The notes beneath the pieces are model-generated. The model saw only the letters and a program-made list of their open reading frames with translations. It did no database searches and had not been told where the DNA came from. Below, in pieces: positions 12,177 through 25,467 of a DNA stretch of 64,000 nucleotides. Every line of letters starts with the position of its first letter. Positions within the stretch are counted from its first letter, which is position 1. A program made the translations under genes and the position numbers. This stretch comes from Tubulanus polymorphus (Eukaryota > Animalia > Nemertea): NCBI RefSeq assembly GCF_964204645.1, contig NC_134027.1, positions 20,360,560-20,424,559 of the forward strand, written 5' to 3'.

Positions 12177-13243
12177 ATGGCGATTAGCTACGGCTCAAAC
12201 GGAACGATGGAAAATTCTACCGTTGAAAAAACCGTCCATTCAAAAAGAATATCTTCAACGTCGCAATCGTGTATGCTTACTGTTTACCCGTGATTCAAAC
12301 TACTGGATTTTTCCTCAATGTTTACACATACTTCATTCTGTATCGTTTTAAAACAGATTTAACTACATATTACATTCTCCGACTACTGACAATAGCGGAT
12401 AACATGTTTATATTTGGTACGGCTATGGCGATATCCGGAAGATTTTTCGATGGAATGCTTAAGTTTAGTGTACACATATATTACTTTCAAGGCATGAGAT
12501 TTATTCCAGCAAAATTGAAACGTTATACAGATGCGTTACAGGAAATGTTCAAGATGATTAGAAACCTACTTACGATGCTGGTCTGTTTGGAACTGTCGTT
12601 TTCTTTCCATTAAAATCTAAAATCATTTGCACGAAACGTGCATGTTACATTTTTTATTGTTTATAGTTATCATAACTTTGGGCACTCAAGGCTGGAACTA
12701 TTTAACTACGGATATTAAACGAACGAAAGTTCGTTGTCCTATCAGACTTAACCCATCGGCCTTAGTGGATGCCGGTCCCCGAATTTCAAAAGTACAAAAC
12801 CTGATACGCATCCTAGGCACATTAGTACCTAGGCATATCGGTATAGTTCTTGTAGATTTCGATCGCTTGCGTTCAACAGTTGCCCGCATCGGAGGCGCTG
12901 ACGCCGCCCACGTCAAATTGCGTGATGAACGAAATAAAGTATACTAGCTCATGACTTCAAAGATTTTCATTCATTCACTGCCCATGAAGTAAGAAGGAGC
13001 ATTTAGAATACACATGTACCTCTCGCCCATGTCATGGCTTACAGAACAGGTCAGATGAGAAACAATACATTTTTAGTCTAGCAGTAGTGTTAAACAATAT
13101 ACTCTAGTATACGCAGTTGTAAACATTTCCAAAAAAAGGAGATAAAGAAAAAGAAAGTTCATCATAACGATACCAACAGAATCACCTTCGCCAAGACGGA
13201 CATGAGTCTAGATGCCGTGCAATGTAAATGGAGACCATAATAG
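12177..13243 (+). pseudogene. Intronless rhodopsin-class GPCR pseudogene (FMRFamide-receptor-like/chemoreceptor type)
   Basis: N-terminus with N-glycosylation sites (NGT, NST), TM1 LPVIQTTGFFLN, TM2 TTYYILRLLTIAD, TM3 RNLLTMLVCLE and a TM7/helix-8 remnant FIHC..FR. Several frameshifts and deletions; end approximate. Confidence 0.6.
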
Positions 13244-14920
13244 GGAGCATCTCAACATTTCAATAGTTGTTTCAATTAGAATAACTGTCTTACAACATTT
13301 TTGTTTAACCTGAGAGACCACTGACAAAGTTCTCACGCGTGGATTTTTACCACAACTTTAATTTGAAAATAGAATAGAGAAAAATCACAAAACCTATCAA
13401 AACCTATTTAACTCTAATGAACTTCATAAACGCGCCCAAAAACCACCATTTTGGCCTAAACCCAAAATCATCCAGGAAGAAAGACACTCTAAATATTTGG
13501 ATGGATATATGAAAGCTGTGGGTACTGGAGTGTGTAATGGGTAGTGTAGTGTGATCTGTGTGCATTTGTGGCCAGCACACAGATCACATTGTTCAATGGG
13601 GTTTGGTCCAGGACTCGCGAGATTTTCAACACGGAAGTAACGTGTAATAAATGATGACTTGAATTGCATGACTACCTACCACCCCTCATTATTGTTGGCA
13701 AACTGAACGTTCGGCACTGACTAAAAATTAGTAATAACATTTAAAAAATGGCCAGAATTTTAATTTAGGTTCTATCTCATTTTTATTTTACAATTGCGAT
13801 TGGTATAATTTTTTTTAAACGGCCGTTAAGGCTTCATGTTTCGTCTGCAATTCACTGCAAATAGTTACGCAACCACGCACATTTCAGTGTTTTTGGCAGC
13901 TGTACACTCAATCGGCACCGTTCGTCACTAGCTTCACTGCGGAAGTATCACTAATTAACATCGCCATATCACATCATCAACTTATATTGTGCCTTAAAAC
14001 CCTGACAGCCGAAATAATTGAAATGCACACACGATTTCTATCATTGAAAATTGAGAGAGTGGCCATGTTTGTGTTTGCTGCTTCGCGTAAATCCCGCGCG
14101 GTGGCGCCACCGCGCGGAGTGGGGCCGATACGTCTAGTGGCGCTATATTCGTTCCCCGGATCTTAAACTTATAATTTTACACTATAGGGGGAGCTTTTTA
14201 AGTGGTCAAGATTTTGGGTCCATATGTTTGACCAATGGAAAGTTATTGAACATTCAAAATGTCCTCTTCTAAACCCCCAAATCCACATAAGTCTTATGCT
14301 ACTTAATTCCAAATGCCGAAAACGCATATATATTGTCTCCAAGGACCAAACTAATCCTCAAAATAAACAATGACCTCTTCGTTGACCTAAAAACACGTGC
14401 CTGAATATAACATGCCCAAATGCATGGGTAAGCTAGTCAGGGCTCGGGTTCCCTACTATCCGCACGTTTGACATGTGCCAAGTTATATATTTGCTTTTAG
14501 GCAAGCATTCATAGAGGTACATTGTATTTGGGCACGTCTACATTACCCTATCCCTGGCCCTATAATTTTTTTTCACACGTTCTACTTAAGTACTCAATTG
14601 TCCTTTATGGGTATGTTTTATTGGCTGCTTTTCATTTTTTTGTGTCTCTTCTAGGGGTTCAGATATTGCCTTATCTAATCATAGGACGATGTTTAAATGT
14701 CATTTAAATAGAGAATAAAAAACAATGACTATTTTCAATGACTGTCAACTGTTGATCCCTTTATAAACTAGGTGTTGACTATATTTTTCTTTAACAAGAG
14801 AATATCGCCTATAACTATGAATATTTCAAGGAAACTTTTAAACAAAGACTGAATGATAAGTGTTGATAAACAGTCCTGGCTGATGTATCCACTCAGTAAG
14901 ATAACCACACTCAAACGTGG

Positions 14921-14968
14921 TGAACGGATCTGACGATGATAGGGTGAGATCGAAACGTCGTGTTTATT
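14921..14968 (+). ncRNA. Minimal hammerhead ribozyme motif of Penelope-like-element type
   Basis: CTGACGA (14930), short stem GAT/ATC, then GAAACGTC (14952). AATAAA lies downstream, as in PLE pseudo-LTRs. Confidence 0.55.
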
Positions 14969-15296
14969 ATATACTTTAGATTGTTCGAATAAATAAATTC
15001 TTGATTTTAAACTCTTTTAATCTGTAGATAGTGGATTTTTATCTCTTTATTCACTCAGGATCAATAGACTACGTTTCTTTCAAAGGGAGTTTGTACTTGA
15101 AAATTAATTTTCTGGATCTTTCTCCTGTACAGGACAGGGCAAAATTGAAATGTTCAGTTTGTAATAGAACCGGTGATGAATATCACTTATCAATCGATTC
15201 CAAAGCATGATACTAAACAAATTGTAAATACATCTGAATGTTTAAGTGCCATTGTTGTCAAAGCATCAACGATGGTTGGAAGCACTCACGTGCGTT

Positions 15297-18200
15297 CAGG
15301 ACTTCAGAAATGTCTTGAAAGGCTAGATCTATATTGTAAAAAATGGAAACTTGAAATCAATACTGATAAGAGCAAAGTAGTAGTGTTCAGTAAAAAAGGA
15401 AATATACCTATCAATTTGAACTTTTCACTTGGAAACTCATACCTCGAGTTGGTCAAAGAATACAAATACCTTGGCCTTATATTTTCATCGAATGGTAAAT
15501 TCCAGAAAGCCAAAGAGAACCTTTTCGCATCTCCCAACAGGGCAATGTTGTCAATCCAGAAAATGATCGGGGTACAAAACTGTAAGCCAAACACGGCATT
15601 ATACCTATTTGACACTCTTGTCAGCCCAATCTTATCATACGGTTGCGAGATATGGCTGCCCTCTACAGCACTTGCCAAAAGAATAGCAAAAAACAACCAG
15701 TTCTGCCTAGAATCAACCCTCATGAAAGAAACACATCTTCGCAAATTGCTTACCAAGTTTTGTAAATTCATTTTAGGGGTAAATAGGAAAGCCACTAATA
15801 TGGCAGTTTTAGGGGAAATGGGGAAGTACCCGCTTTATATCGAAGCCTGTATTATAATTATCAACTTCTGGCAACATATTAAGGGCTCAAATGGTACTTT
15901 AGTAAATGCAATAAACCATTTTACAGTTGCTAGCCGCCATTTTGTTAGGGTACTTTTGTCCCGTATTGTTGGGTCATTTTTTCTCTTCTTTAAAAACTAT
16001 CCGTGATGTGTGTTGTATCATATTTCATCTGTCCATGGATGGATTTTGACAGTTTCAGCAACATTCAAACCGCATAAATCTCTAGTTTTCAGTTATGTAA
16101 AAATCATTTTTTAAATTTGCAACAATGCAACATGAGAGCGATATAAAAATATGCGGTCAGTTTTTTCCGTGCGCATAGAAATCAAGGGTACTGAACTTTG
16201 AAGTTCGTTATTTTCAGAAATAATTTTCTAAAAAAATCCAAGCATTTCAAGAACTGTGCGCATAAATGCCCTCTTTCAGGTGAACTTTGAAATTTTAAGA
16301 TATCTTGCCTAGTTTTTTTCCTATGGCTCTTTAACTGCAGCGCGTGTATTGTCATTCCGAGATTCGGCGCTGTTTTCTTTGCGTGTATTTCAGTATATGG
16401 GTGTTATTTTTCATTTTTACTACACTTGTCTGGTTTTAATGGAAATGGAAAAGTGTTTTAATTGCTGGTACGAGTATCAGGTTTTAATATTACGTCATTT
16501 ATGCAATAATAGATCGAAGACATTAGAGATGTCGGAGTTTAAGGGATTTTTTTACCAGTTTTAGCAGTGAGACTGAGCAGCATTTTGATCACGTATTCGA
16601 AGTTGCGCGTGGGAAGAGAATATATAGGCCTATATCGAGATGGAAGAAGAAAAGAAATATAACACTCAAAATCGAGTATGATGACCATTTAAATCAGTAG
16701 TCTATCAATTAATTTACATAAAAATCTACTGAAATTAGATGGATGGAGAAGTGGTCAAAAAGCTGGACAAATGGGGTCGGGCAAATTTTCAGCTACTTTC
16801 TATGAATACTTTCTATTAAGTACACACAAGATTGATTAGCTCGGGAAGAAAATATAGGAAAACGTTTCCTTGCATTGGTGGTGAAATATCAAGTATCAAG
16901 TCCTAATGTCAGACACAGGTGATTAAAAGTAAAAAGTGACATCTACCATCACAAAAACGCAAGAAGTGTGTGGATTGCATTTACAACAAAAGAGGGATAG
17001 TTTGGGTTTTCTTGGGTGCATGTACGTAAGCCTCTGCCTGCTGTAAAAGCGGCTACCAATACAGCCATTACGAACTAGCTCCGGAGAACGGAATACAGTA
17101 TTAATGCCGTTATATTCAAACCTGATACTAGTACCAACAATTAAAACCATTTTCCGTAGAGACAAGTGTAGTAAAAATGAAAAAAATAACACCCATATAC
17201 TGAAATACGCGCTAAGAAAACAGCGCCGAATCTCGGAATGACAATACATGCGCTGCAGGTAAAGTGCCATAGGAAAAAAACTAGGCAAGATATCTTAACA
17301 TTTCAAAGTTCACCTGAAAGAGGGCATTTATGCGCACAGTTCTTGAAATGCTTGGATTTTTTAGAAAATTATTTCTGAAAATAACGAACTTCAAAGTTCA
17401 GTACCTTTGATTTCTATGCGCACAGAAAAAAACTGACCGCATATTTTTATATCGCTCTCATGTCGCATTGTTGCAAATTTGAAAAATGATTTTTACATAA
17501 CTGAAAACTAGAGATTTATGCGGTTTGAATGTTGCTGAAACTGTCAAAATCCATCCATGGACAGATGAAATATGATACAACACACATCACGGATAGTTTT
17601 TAAAAAGAGAAAAAAACGACCCAACAATACGGGACAAAAGTACCCTAACAAAATGGCGGCTAGCAACTGTAAAATGGTTTATTTACGAAAGTGTTAAGAA
17701 ACTGCCATGGAAACAAGTAGAATGGAATCACTTTATATATATTTTACTCTCACGTATTAGCCAAGAATCGTTGCACATAGAAAACTCTGACATCTCTAAA
17801 TCAACAATAATAAGGTTAAGGCACATAATGGAGGAGAGGTTTAAAATATACTGGAATCATCTGATAGGAAATTCGAACAAATTAGAGGTGTTTAGATTGG
17901 TAAAAACAGGATTCCAAATGGAACCATACCTACTACTCGACATGCACAGGAATGGCCCTTACGCGTCTCAGGCTTAGTGCCCACCCACTAATGATAGAAA
18001 GGGGGAGACATTTTAACATCCCGCGTGTCGACAGGAAGTGTTCCCTATGTGATACAGTAGAAACTGAGGTACATTTTGTGATGGAGTGCCCAAAGTATTC
18101 AGCTCTAAGGGCCCCCCTTGTAGAAAAATTTACAAAACTATTCCCAGACTATTGTACTCGAAATACTAATGTACAGTTTACTCAGATTCTCACGTCAACT

Positions 18201-18465
18201 AAGCTAGCTAAAGACCTAGGTCGTTTCTGCTATGCGGGTTTCATCCAGGCGACATTATAATTCCATCGATCATCTATTGTATTAATTACCTTTTACCTCT
18301 TATACAAGTGGAATTTGTAAATATAAGTGCTATTAGAAGTTTTGTTATAACAGTTATGTATATATATATATATTCTATTTTCTTCCTCATCCTGTTAATA
18401 TTCTTGTCACTTATGGTCATGTAATATTGATTTAAAAGACAATAAACATTAATTGAATTGAATTA
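15297..18465 (+). mobile_element. 5'-truncated LINE (RTE-X-like RT 3' half and Cys/His finger), split by a MITE
   Basis: YCKKWKLEINTDKSK, YKYLG and LSYGCEIW before 15912. Frame resumes after 17682 with RLRLSAHPLMIERGR...CSLC..ETEVHFVMEC. aataaa and (ttgaa)n tail at ~18441-18465. Confidence 0.8.
15913..17680. mobile_element. Foldback non-autonomous DNA transposon with ~580-bp inverted arms and AT TSD (ISL2EU/PHIS-like)
   Basis: Ends aaaccattttacagttgctagccgccattttgttagggtac and its reverse complement. Removing the element plus one AT restores LINE codons gca att tac (VNAIYES). Confidence 0.85.
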
Positions 18466-19518
18466 TTAACTTCAGAAGGCAAGTCACCCCCAGTTTATTA
18501 TAATTGTCTACGGAGCTCGGTGCGACAGTTTTTCTACGTCAGCTTCACGTGTTGCCCTGTGGTTGGTGGTTATTGCGACTAATTAGAGGGTTTTCTGGGT
18601 CAACGTGTCCATGCAATTTTCCTCACTTCAAATGTCCCTAACTAATAAACATTTTGTACAGTGTTGAAAATTCCAGGTTGACGCGCGGCGTAGTTCGCGG
18701 GTTATTTGCAGTTTGGCGTCAGGTTGAGATCAACTGCCCTCGCGTCGGTAATAACGATTTTTAAAGGCTGTTTTTGAACGCGGATAGACAGCGTGTGTCG
18801 TGTCCGTTACGTAAATCATGGTCAAATTGTCTAACGATTCTAAAATACATGTTAGAAATAGGAATAGAATAGTGCGTGACTAATTTCAAATAAAAACTAA
18901 AAGCGATATCAATGGATATATCATACCTCCGCAAATCAGCTTCGATTATTTGTCAAATGAAACGCATCTTATCCTCTCGTTACAATTACAATATACACAG
19001 CTTTTTTGTCCCCAGTTTTACAAAATTCAGACTAATCATAAAAATGGTTGAAATTGATCAATGAGAAAACTTTTAATTCATCATATTCCATTTAAGATTA
19101 TTCATATGACAAGTCCTTCCCGGACCAGGAGGTGGTTTCCACTTACTTCCAATATTTAAAAGTTGTTTACATATTCGCTGCGTAGCACGAATAATTACGG
19201 AATCAACTAAGATCCGATATTATTTTTCTAATTCCTTGACGATTTTTTTTTGTAGCACGCGTGTCATTCTTTCCGTAGCCCTACAATACGGAGAGTCACA
19301 TTTATCTAAAATCTATGACACAAAGTATAGTTGTCATTGACCTCGCAACCTAACCAGCAATTAACGACAGCAAGTATCCAATTATATGTACACATATATA
19401 TCATACGTAGATATCACAAATTGTCTGTATGTGGTTGGTAATGTACAGTTATTGAATAATACGGTAATTCTGTTGGGATGGTTTTGAACTAAACTGGAAC
19501 GGAACAACTTTTGCAACG

Positions 19519-22500
19519 ATGAGGTCCATGTTTGTGTCAACGGCTCTGATCCTTCAGTTAATTGTGCTGACGATTGAGTTGGTGACTGGCCACAATAAGT
19601 TGATGATTATTCTTCTCGACGGTTTTCGATCGGACTACGCAGATACCATTGGCAACCTGAAAGGATTCGATGCGCTGAAAAGACGAGGAGTACAAGCTAG
19701 ATACATGAACCCGACGTTTCCATCAATGTCATATCCGAATTACTACTCTATAATGACGGGTGCGTATACTATTTCATGATTCATAAGACTTCATACTACT
19801 ATGGAAAATTGATAGAAATCAGTGTTGTTTGAATTGTCAGTTCCAACGGTTTACCTCGAAAATGGCATTGATTTTCAGTCGGGGTAGTCTTATTTCTTAG
19901 GCCAGGTTACATTGAATGACTTTGTATACGGTAGCTGGTGCATTCTGAGGTTGTAGCTGTATCGTCAGTTTAACGTCGTCAAGTGTTGAACTGGACTTTA
20001 GGACTTCTGAATCCCAAACAATTCTAAAATAGACGTATTATCATTTTGTTGGATGTTTAACGCGGCGTGCGGTACAGTTCCCTCACACTGAAAATCCATT
20101 GGCCAGGGTGGATCCTGGCACTATCCTCGTTACGGGTCCTGCTAAAGTACGAAACGAAGAATCTCATTTTTGCGAGTAGTGCTTAAGTACGAAACGCTAT
20201 GGTCGTATTTCTAACACGACCATAACTATAGTCAATCCTCGGTATAACGCCACGGGACTCTCACAATTTTGGCGGTACATGTAGATGATCTTTTGAAAGT
20301 ATTCAAAAATTTGTTTTCATATACTGGTGGATTTTAAGAACACCCCACAATTAATAGAAACAATAGTAGGATGTTCTCAAAACCAAATAATGAATACACT
20401 GTCCCATTTGCCATTTCCATGCACGAACGCAGACGCGGTAAAGCATAGTGAAACGATCCACATCCTACATCTTGGTCGCTTTACAGCTAAACAACGTAGT
20501 GACAAGCCATTTGAAAAAAATTCTGGCCGTGAATTCTCTTTACGAATACTCATCCCTTGCAAAATCCAGATTAAGACATCAGTGAATCTCAATTGAAGAA
20601 GGGCAAAAATCTTAGCTTATTTCATTTTGATAATAGAAAATAAATCATACAGCGCAATACTGCCGTCCACATAATTGACGGTATAACGAAAATTTTTTTC
20701 TGAATCGGTCCCTTCAAGTTGTGATACATGTATGAGCATGCGCAGATCATTCTTCCCGGCAGGGATTCGAACCTGATGATATCGCTTTAACTCAGCCACG
20801 GCACGGAACCCTGCCACATTAGACCGGGTGCGCATGTTTAAGCCAGTTCTACTAGTCCGCTAGCTGCCATCAAGCGACAAAAATGACAAAATCAGGACCC
20901 GCGAAAGAATGACCATTTCGTTTCGTTCTTTAGCATTACGTAATTTCGTTTCATATACTTGTTTCACGTTCGTAGTTTCGTCGTTTTCGTACTTTAAAAA
21001 AGGACCCCACATCGCCACATATACATGCGGCAACGGGGATACTGCCAGGACCCACCCCAGCCAATGCTAGCGGTTCCAGTTCCCCATTCTCGCTCTATGA
21101 TTGTATTCTTATTCTTTTATTGAAAAGTACTTCGTTATTTTAATTATTGCTCCCTTAAGAGGGATTCTTTTTGAGTCACGTCTACGAGTCTTATGCAAAA
21201 TGCAGCAGCAATGTGTCTTCTAGAGATGTATACGTGTTCAAAACCTAGAACACAACTTAGGGGGGACATAGCTATATACGTATATCCTCTCAATCAAACC
21301 TTGAGAAGATTCAATCTAGTTTATTCAAGGTCTATGAGGTTTGTTACTTCAGGGCTGTATTCGGAATCGCACGGTATGGTAGGTAACACGATGTACGACC
21401 ACGTATATGGCACGAAGTTCGACGGCGAGGCTCTGGAACCGTACTGGTGGAACGGAGGGGACCCAGTCTGGATAACTGCCACAAGACAGGCAAGAATGAT
21501 ATATGATTTGGAATGATCTAAAACGGGATACCTGCTGCGTTACTTTCTAATAACAAAACTGACAATATAACTATCTACGTACAAACTGACAAATATCCAC
21601 GTATACATATACTTGATATAAGTTATTTTAGTCAGAAAAATGTTTCCATGTTGAAGCCATACTAATAATATATTATCAACTTGGTTACAGGGTCGTCGCT
21701 GTGCTATGTTTTATTGGTGCGGTTGTGAAGTTGAAATTCGCAATTTGAGACCAGCGTACTGCAGACGATACACCAAATTAACTGCCAGTGAAGATTTCAG
21801 ATGGTCAATAGACAAAGCGATCCAGACAATGACAGGCAAAAATGCAGCCGATTTTACAGGTTTGAGCCAGCTCCATATTGCAAATCATTCCACAGCACTT
21901 ATTCCTTAGAAAGGATTGTTCTCATCAGAGGCCTTGGAAAATGGAGTTTTTCAAAAAAAAGATGAAGGGGCATATGGAAATAACAAAAAGTGAAATAATT
22001 ATATTACGAACGTTTAAATTGGAAATGAACTGGGAAAAATGACATATCTATCTACTTTTCGAATATTCTCCACATAAAATCTTAAGGACAAATTCTTTTT
22101 TAAAAGAGCAAAGAATTTGTTGCATTGAAGGAGCAAAGAAACATAACTTTTCTGCAATTCATTAGATTGAGGATTGAGACGAACATATCAGGAACATTCT
22201 TCTTTTATTGGTTTTTTGAAATATAATGGCGAAGGGGACAAAAAATCTTTTTCAAATATGATCTTTCTGGTGAATTCTAGATCCATACCTTAGATAATTA
22301 TGAACAGTCTAAGAAGCTGTTCTATTAGCCATGGCTCCAAAGTGCATCTGGATCATGTAACAATTTAAATCATTCCACTGAAGGAAAAATACCTCTCGCC
22401 ATGGCATTCTTTCATCGTCAAAAAAATCATCGGAATGCATTACATAAAATAAAGTCAATTCAAGATATAATGGTAACCTAGAGTCATTAAAAAGAACTTT

Positions 22501-23326
22501 GAATTGTAATTCATCACAAATGCAAATTTTCTGCCTTTTCTTGAAAATTGACTGGAACTCATTATCACGAATAATTTGGGCCATGAATTTTGCAGAACAG
22601 GACTTACGTTACGTAGCTTTAGGATTCCTCCTTCAAAGAATTATCATTGAATACGTTTAATACATAATTCTATCCGTCCATTTATTTGAAACATTAAAAA
22701 ATGATGAAAGTGAGCTTTTTTATATATGTTAATACTTACGTTCTGTTTGCAGCGATTTACGTCGAAATGACTGATAACGTTGGTCACCAATTTGGACCAT
22801 TTTCAAAGCAGTTAAACGACACCGTTCGCGTGATAGACGAGCATATCCAGTATTTGTTATCCCGCTTAGATACGACAGGTCTGTCTAAAACAACGAACGT
22901 TATTTTTGTCTCCGATCATGGTATGGCTGACATCAGAGACCAGACTAAGTACATACGAATGACAGACTTTGTGCCGAACATCGAAGATTTGATTCAGTAC
23001 AGAATTAATCCCAATTCACATGTACTGATTATGCCAAAACCAGGCGCTACAGAGAAGGTAACAAAAAGCTTAATTATTTCCTCAGTTTGAACTACTCATA
23101 GGCGTCGATAGAGAGGCCAGTCTCCAGGCCCTTACGCAACACTTATTTTGATGTATGCATTGGCTACTTAGAAGTTTTTTTCAATACTACCGTTTATCAC
23201 AGAGATGCTCTTAGAAGCGCACGAAATTGCCCTCCCCTTGTTGTATCGAGCCTCACACCTTCAAAAGGTCTGGTTCTACCATCGAACTTTAAAGAATTTC
23301 TGTCACCAATTACATGGTTGATGACT

Positions 23327-23424
<98 letters not shown>

Positions 23425-24777
23425 AGATATATAATGGATTCAAGGGTAGAAGTCCACATTTCGATATTTACCGAAAACCAGAAATCCCAGAACGGTGGCA
23501 CTTCAAGAACAACGATCGGATACCGGAGTTGGTTATATTGGCTAAAACGGGCTATTCAGTTGTCGATGGATATGGAGTAAATTGAGACTATCTGAGTTAT
23601 CTGAGAATATCTTTTGAAGTAACGAAAAATACCTACCATACGCCTCGTATGTTGTTTTAATTACAGCGCTCTCCTGGTATGTGGGGCTACAAGGATACTG
23701 GGCCAGCGCGAGGGAACCACGGATTTGACCCGGCTATAAAATCAATGAAATCCATATTCATGGCCACTGGACCAGGTAGTGTATTGGGATATCTCAATAC
23801 TTCTCTTAAATGTAATCAAAGGTTTTTTCTGAGATGTTTTGAATCAATTCTATTTCGTTTTTAATCAATGGGAATTCCCATTACCTGGAATCGTTTTCAT
23901 TAAACTTTTCCGAATTTATTTCGAGATAATTTCGGAATCAACTATTTTACATAAAGAACAAAATTCATTCTGACATAATATCTCAGAATCAAATAGTACT
24001 TGGACATTGTTCCAATGCGGAATTTCATGCCATCTTCATTCAAAACGAAAATATTGAGATCTGTGCCACCCTAGGGGATGAAGCCCATATTTCACAACTT
24101 GTCCTACATTTATTAGCGGATCAAGATGAAGTCTTCAAGACTTCAAACAGTATGGAACCGTTTTTTATTTGAGTCCCAGATGGTGCCCTATGAGTTCTAT
24201 GAATTGCTACTAGTCTTAATGTATCAATATGAAAGTCGGTATCAATAATATTTGTGCCAAGTCCTAATTGAATATATAGCCGTTCTCTAGATTCTAGGGG
24301 GCGCCCTAGGGATTGCGCCCATGTTTCTATGAATAGCTACTTGTGTCTCTCGAACGCATGTAGCTAGTATATTTGTTCTCCATTTTGAACTTAAACGCCC
24401 TTTAACTCATGTTTTCCATTCAGTATCAGTAAACGATGATTTATTTTATAGATTTCGTCAAGGGAAAACTCGTGGAAACTATCGATAGCATTGACGTCTA
24501 CAATTTAATGTGTCATTTACTCGATATTGTCCCGTCACCAAACAACGGCAGTTGGTCACCGATTAACCAAAGTCTCTTGGACATAGTTGCGAACAAACCA
24601 AGAGAATCGATACCTCGTAAAGACACAGTAAAACCTTTTTATGATTGGGTCGTCGAACCTCCACTTAAACAACGTAGTCAGACGATGGGCGCAGCTGTTT
24701 TACTGACGCCAACTATATTCAGGATCTTCAGCTACGAATTTATGGCGTATATATGTGTTATCATATTCTTAATTTAG
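19519..24777 (+). CDS. ENPP6: ENPP6-like glycerophosphocholine cholinephosphodiesterase, copy 2 (complete, 7 exons)
   Basis: Exons 19519-19759, 21353-21489, 21691-21859, 22753-23057, 23427-23576, 23667-23775 and 24452-24777. Signal peptide, LLDGFR, PSMSYPNYYSIMTG (Ser nucleophile as in ENPP6), MFYWCGCEVEI, SDHG, GNHG and GPI-type tail. Confidence 0.92.
20097..21066. mobile_element. Nested MITE cluster in ENPP6 copy 2 intron 1
   Basis: Outer TIRs cattggccagggtggatcctggca and tgccaggacccaccccagccaatg. Inner TIRs gggtcct..taaagtacgaaa (20134) and tttcgtacttta..aggaccc (21007). Confidence 0.65.
20690..20870 (-). mobile_element. tRNA-derived SINE fragment
   Basis: Reverse-strand B-box (gggattcgaacc at ~20762) with a tRNA-like head to the right. 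Boundaries approximate. Confidence 0.45.
23329..23421. repeat. (GAT)31 microsatellite abutting the exon 5 acceptor of ENPP6 copy 2
   Basis: Perfect GAT run ending at 23421, a few nt before the acceptor AG at 23425-23426. Confidence 0.95.
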
Positions 24778-25467
24778 GTGGCAACCATCAGATCAAATGA
24801 ACGCTATGTACTTTTTGTATTCGATTTAAAGTATACAAATACTTCATATTTCACAAATGTCATCATTCATAGATAATTAAACAGATTTAGACAATGTATA
24901 TTTTCTTTTAATTTTAAAGTTATTAATGAACCATTGAAATAACCTACTCCGGTAAAATAACTTCTAAATACGAATTACCTATCTGGGAATAAACCTCAGA
25001 GATCAGTTTTTACTGAGAAGACGAAAAGACGTTTCTTCAATATGAAATGAAACTTTACAAGTTTGTGATTCAGTATACAGAAAACTTACTTCTAATAAGC
25101 AACTGATAAATAAAGTTACGAATTATCTTGAATTAAACTTACGGAACAATTGAGCCTTTTTGACAAGATATTGCTAAAGCAAGAACCAGCTGCGTTCAAA
25201 TATGGCTACCACAGAATGACGTAAAAAAGCCGAAAAATTATAAGAATGATAGGTGGCAGCACAATACAGACATATGAAGTTATAAACTTCCAACTGAAGT
25301 AACCATACAAACTTCAAACTACAAGAGCCGAAAGTGGCGTCAACATTCCCGGCACCGTTAAACACTTTATGCGATATAACCAAACATATATACAATAATA
25401 TAACAACGAAACACTTGAATAGGTACATCAATTACATTAATGTTCATCATATAGGTAAACACTAAGT

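Noticed and set aside
23314-23580. Poly-Asp protein ORF
   Set aside because: Artifact of the intronic (GAT)n repeat; the real exon 5 is in another frame.
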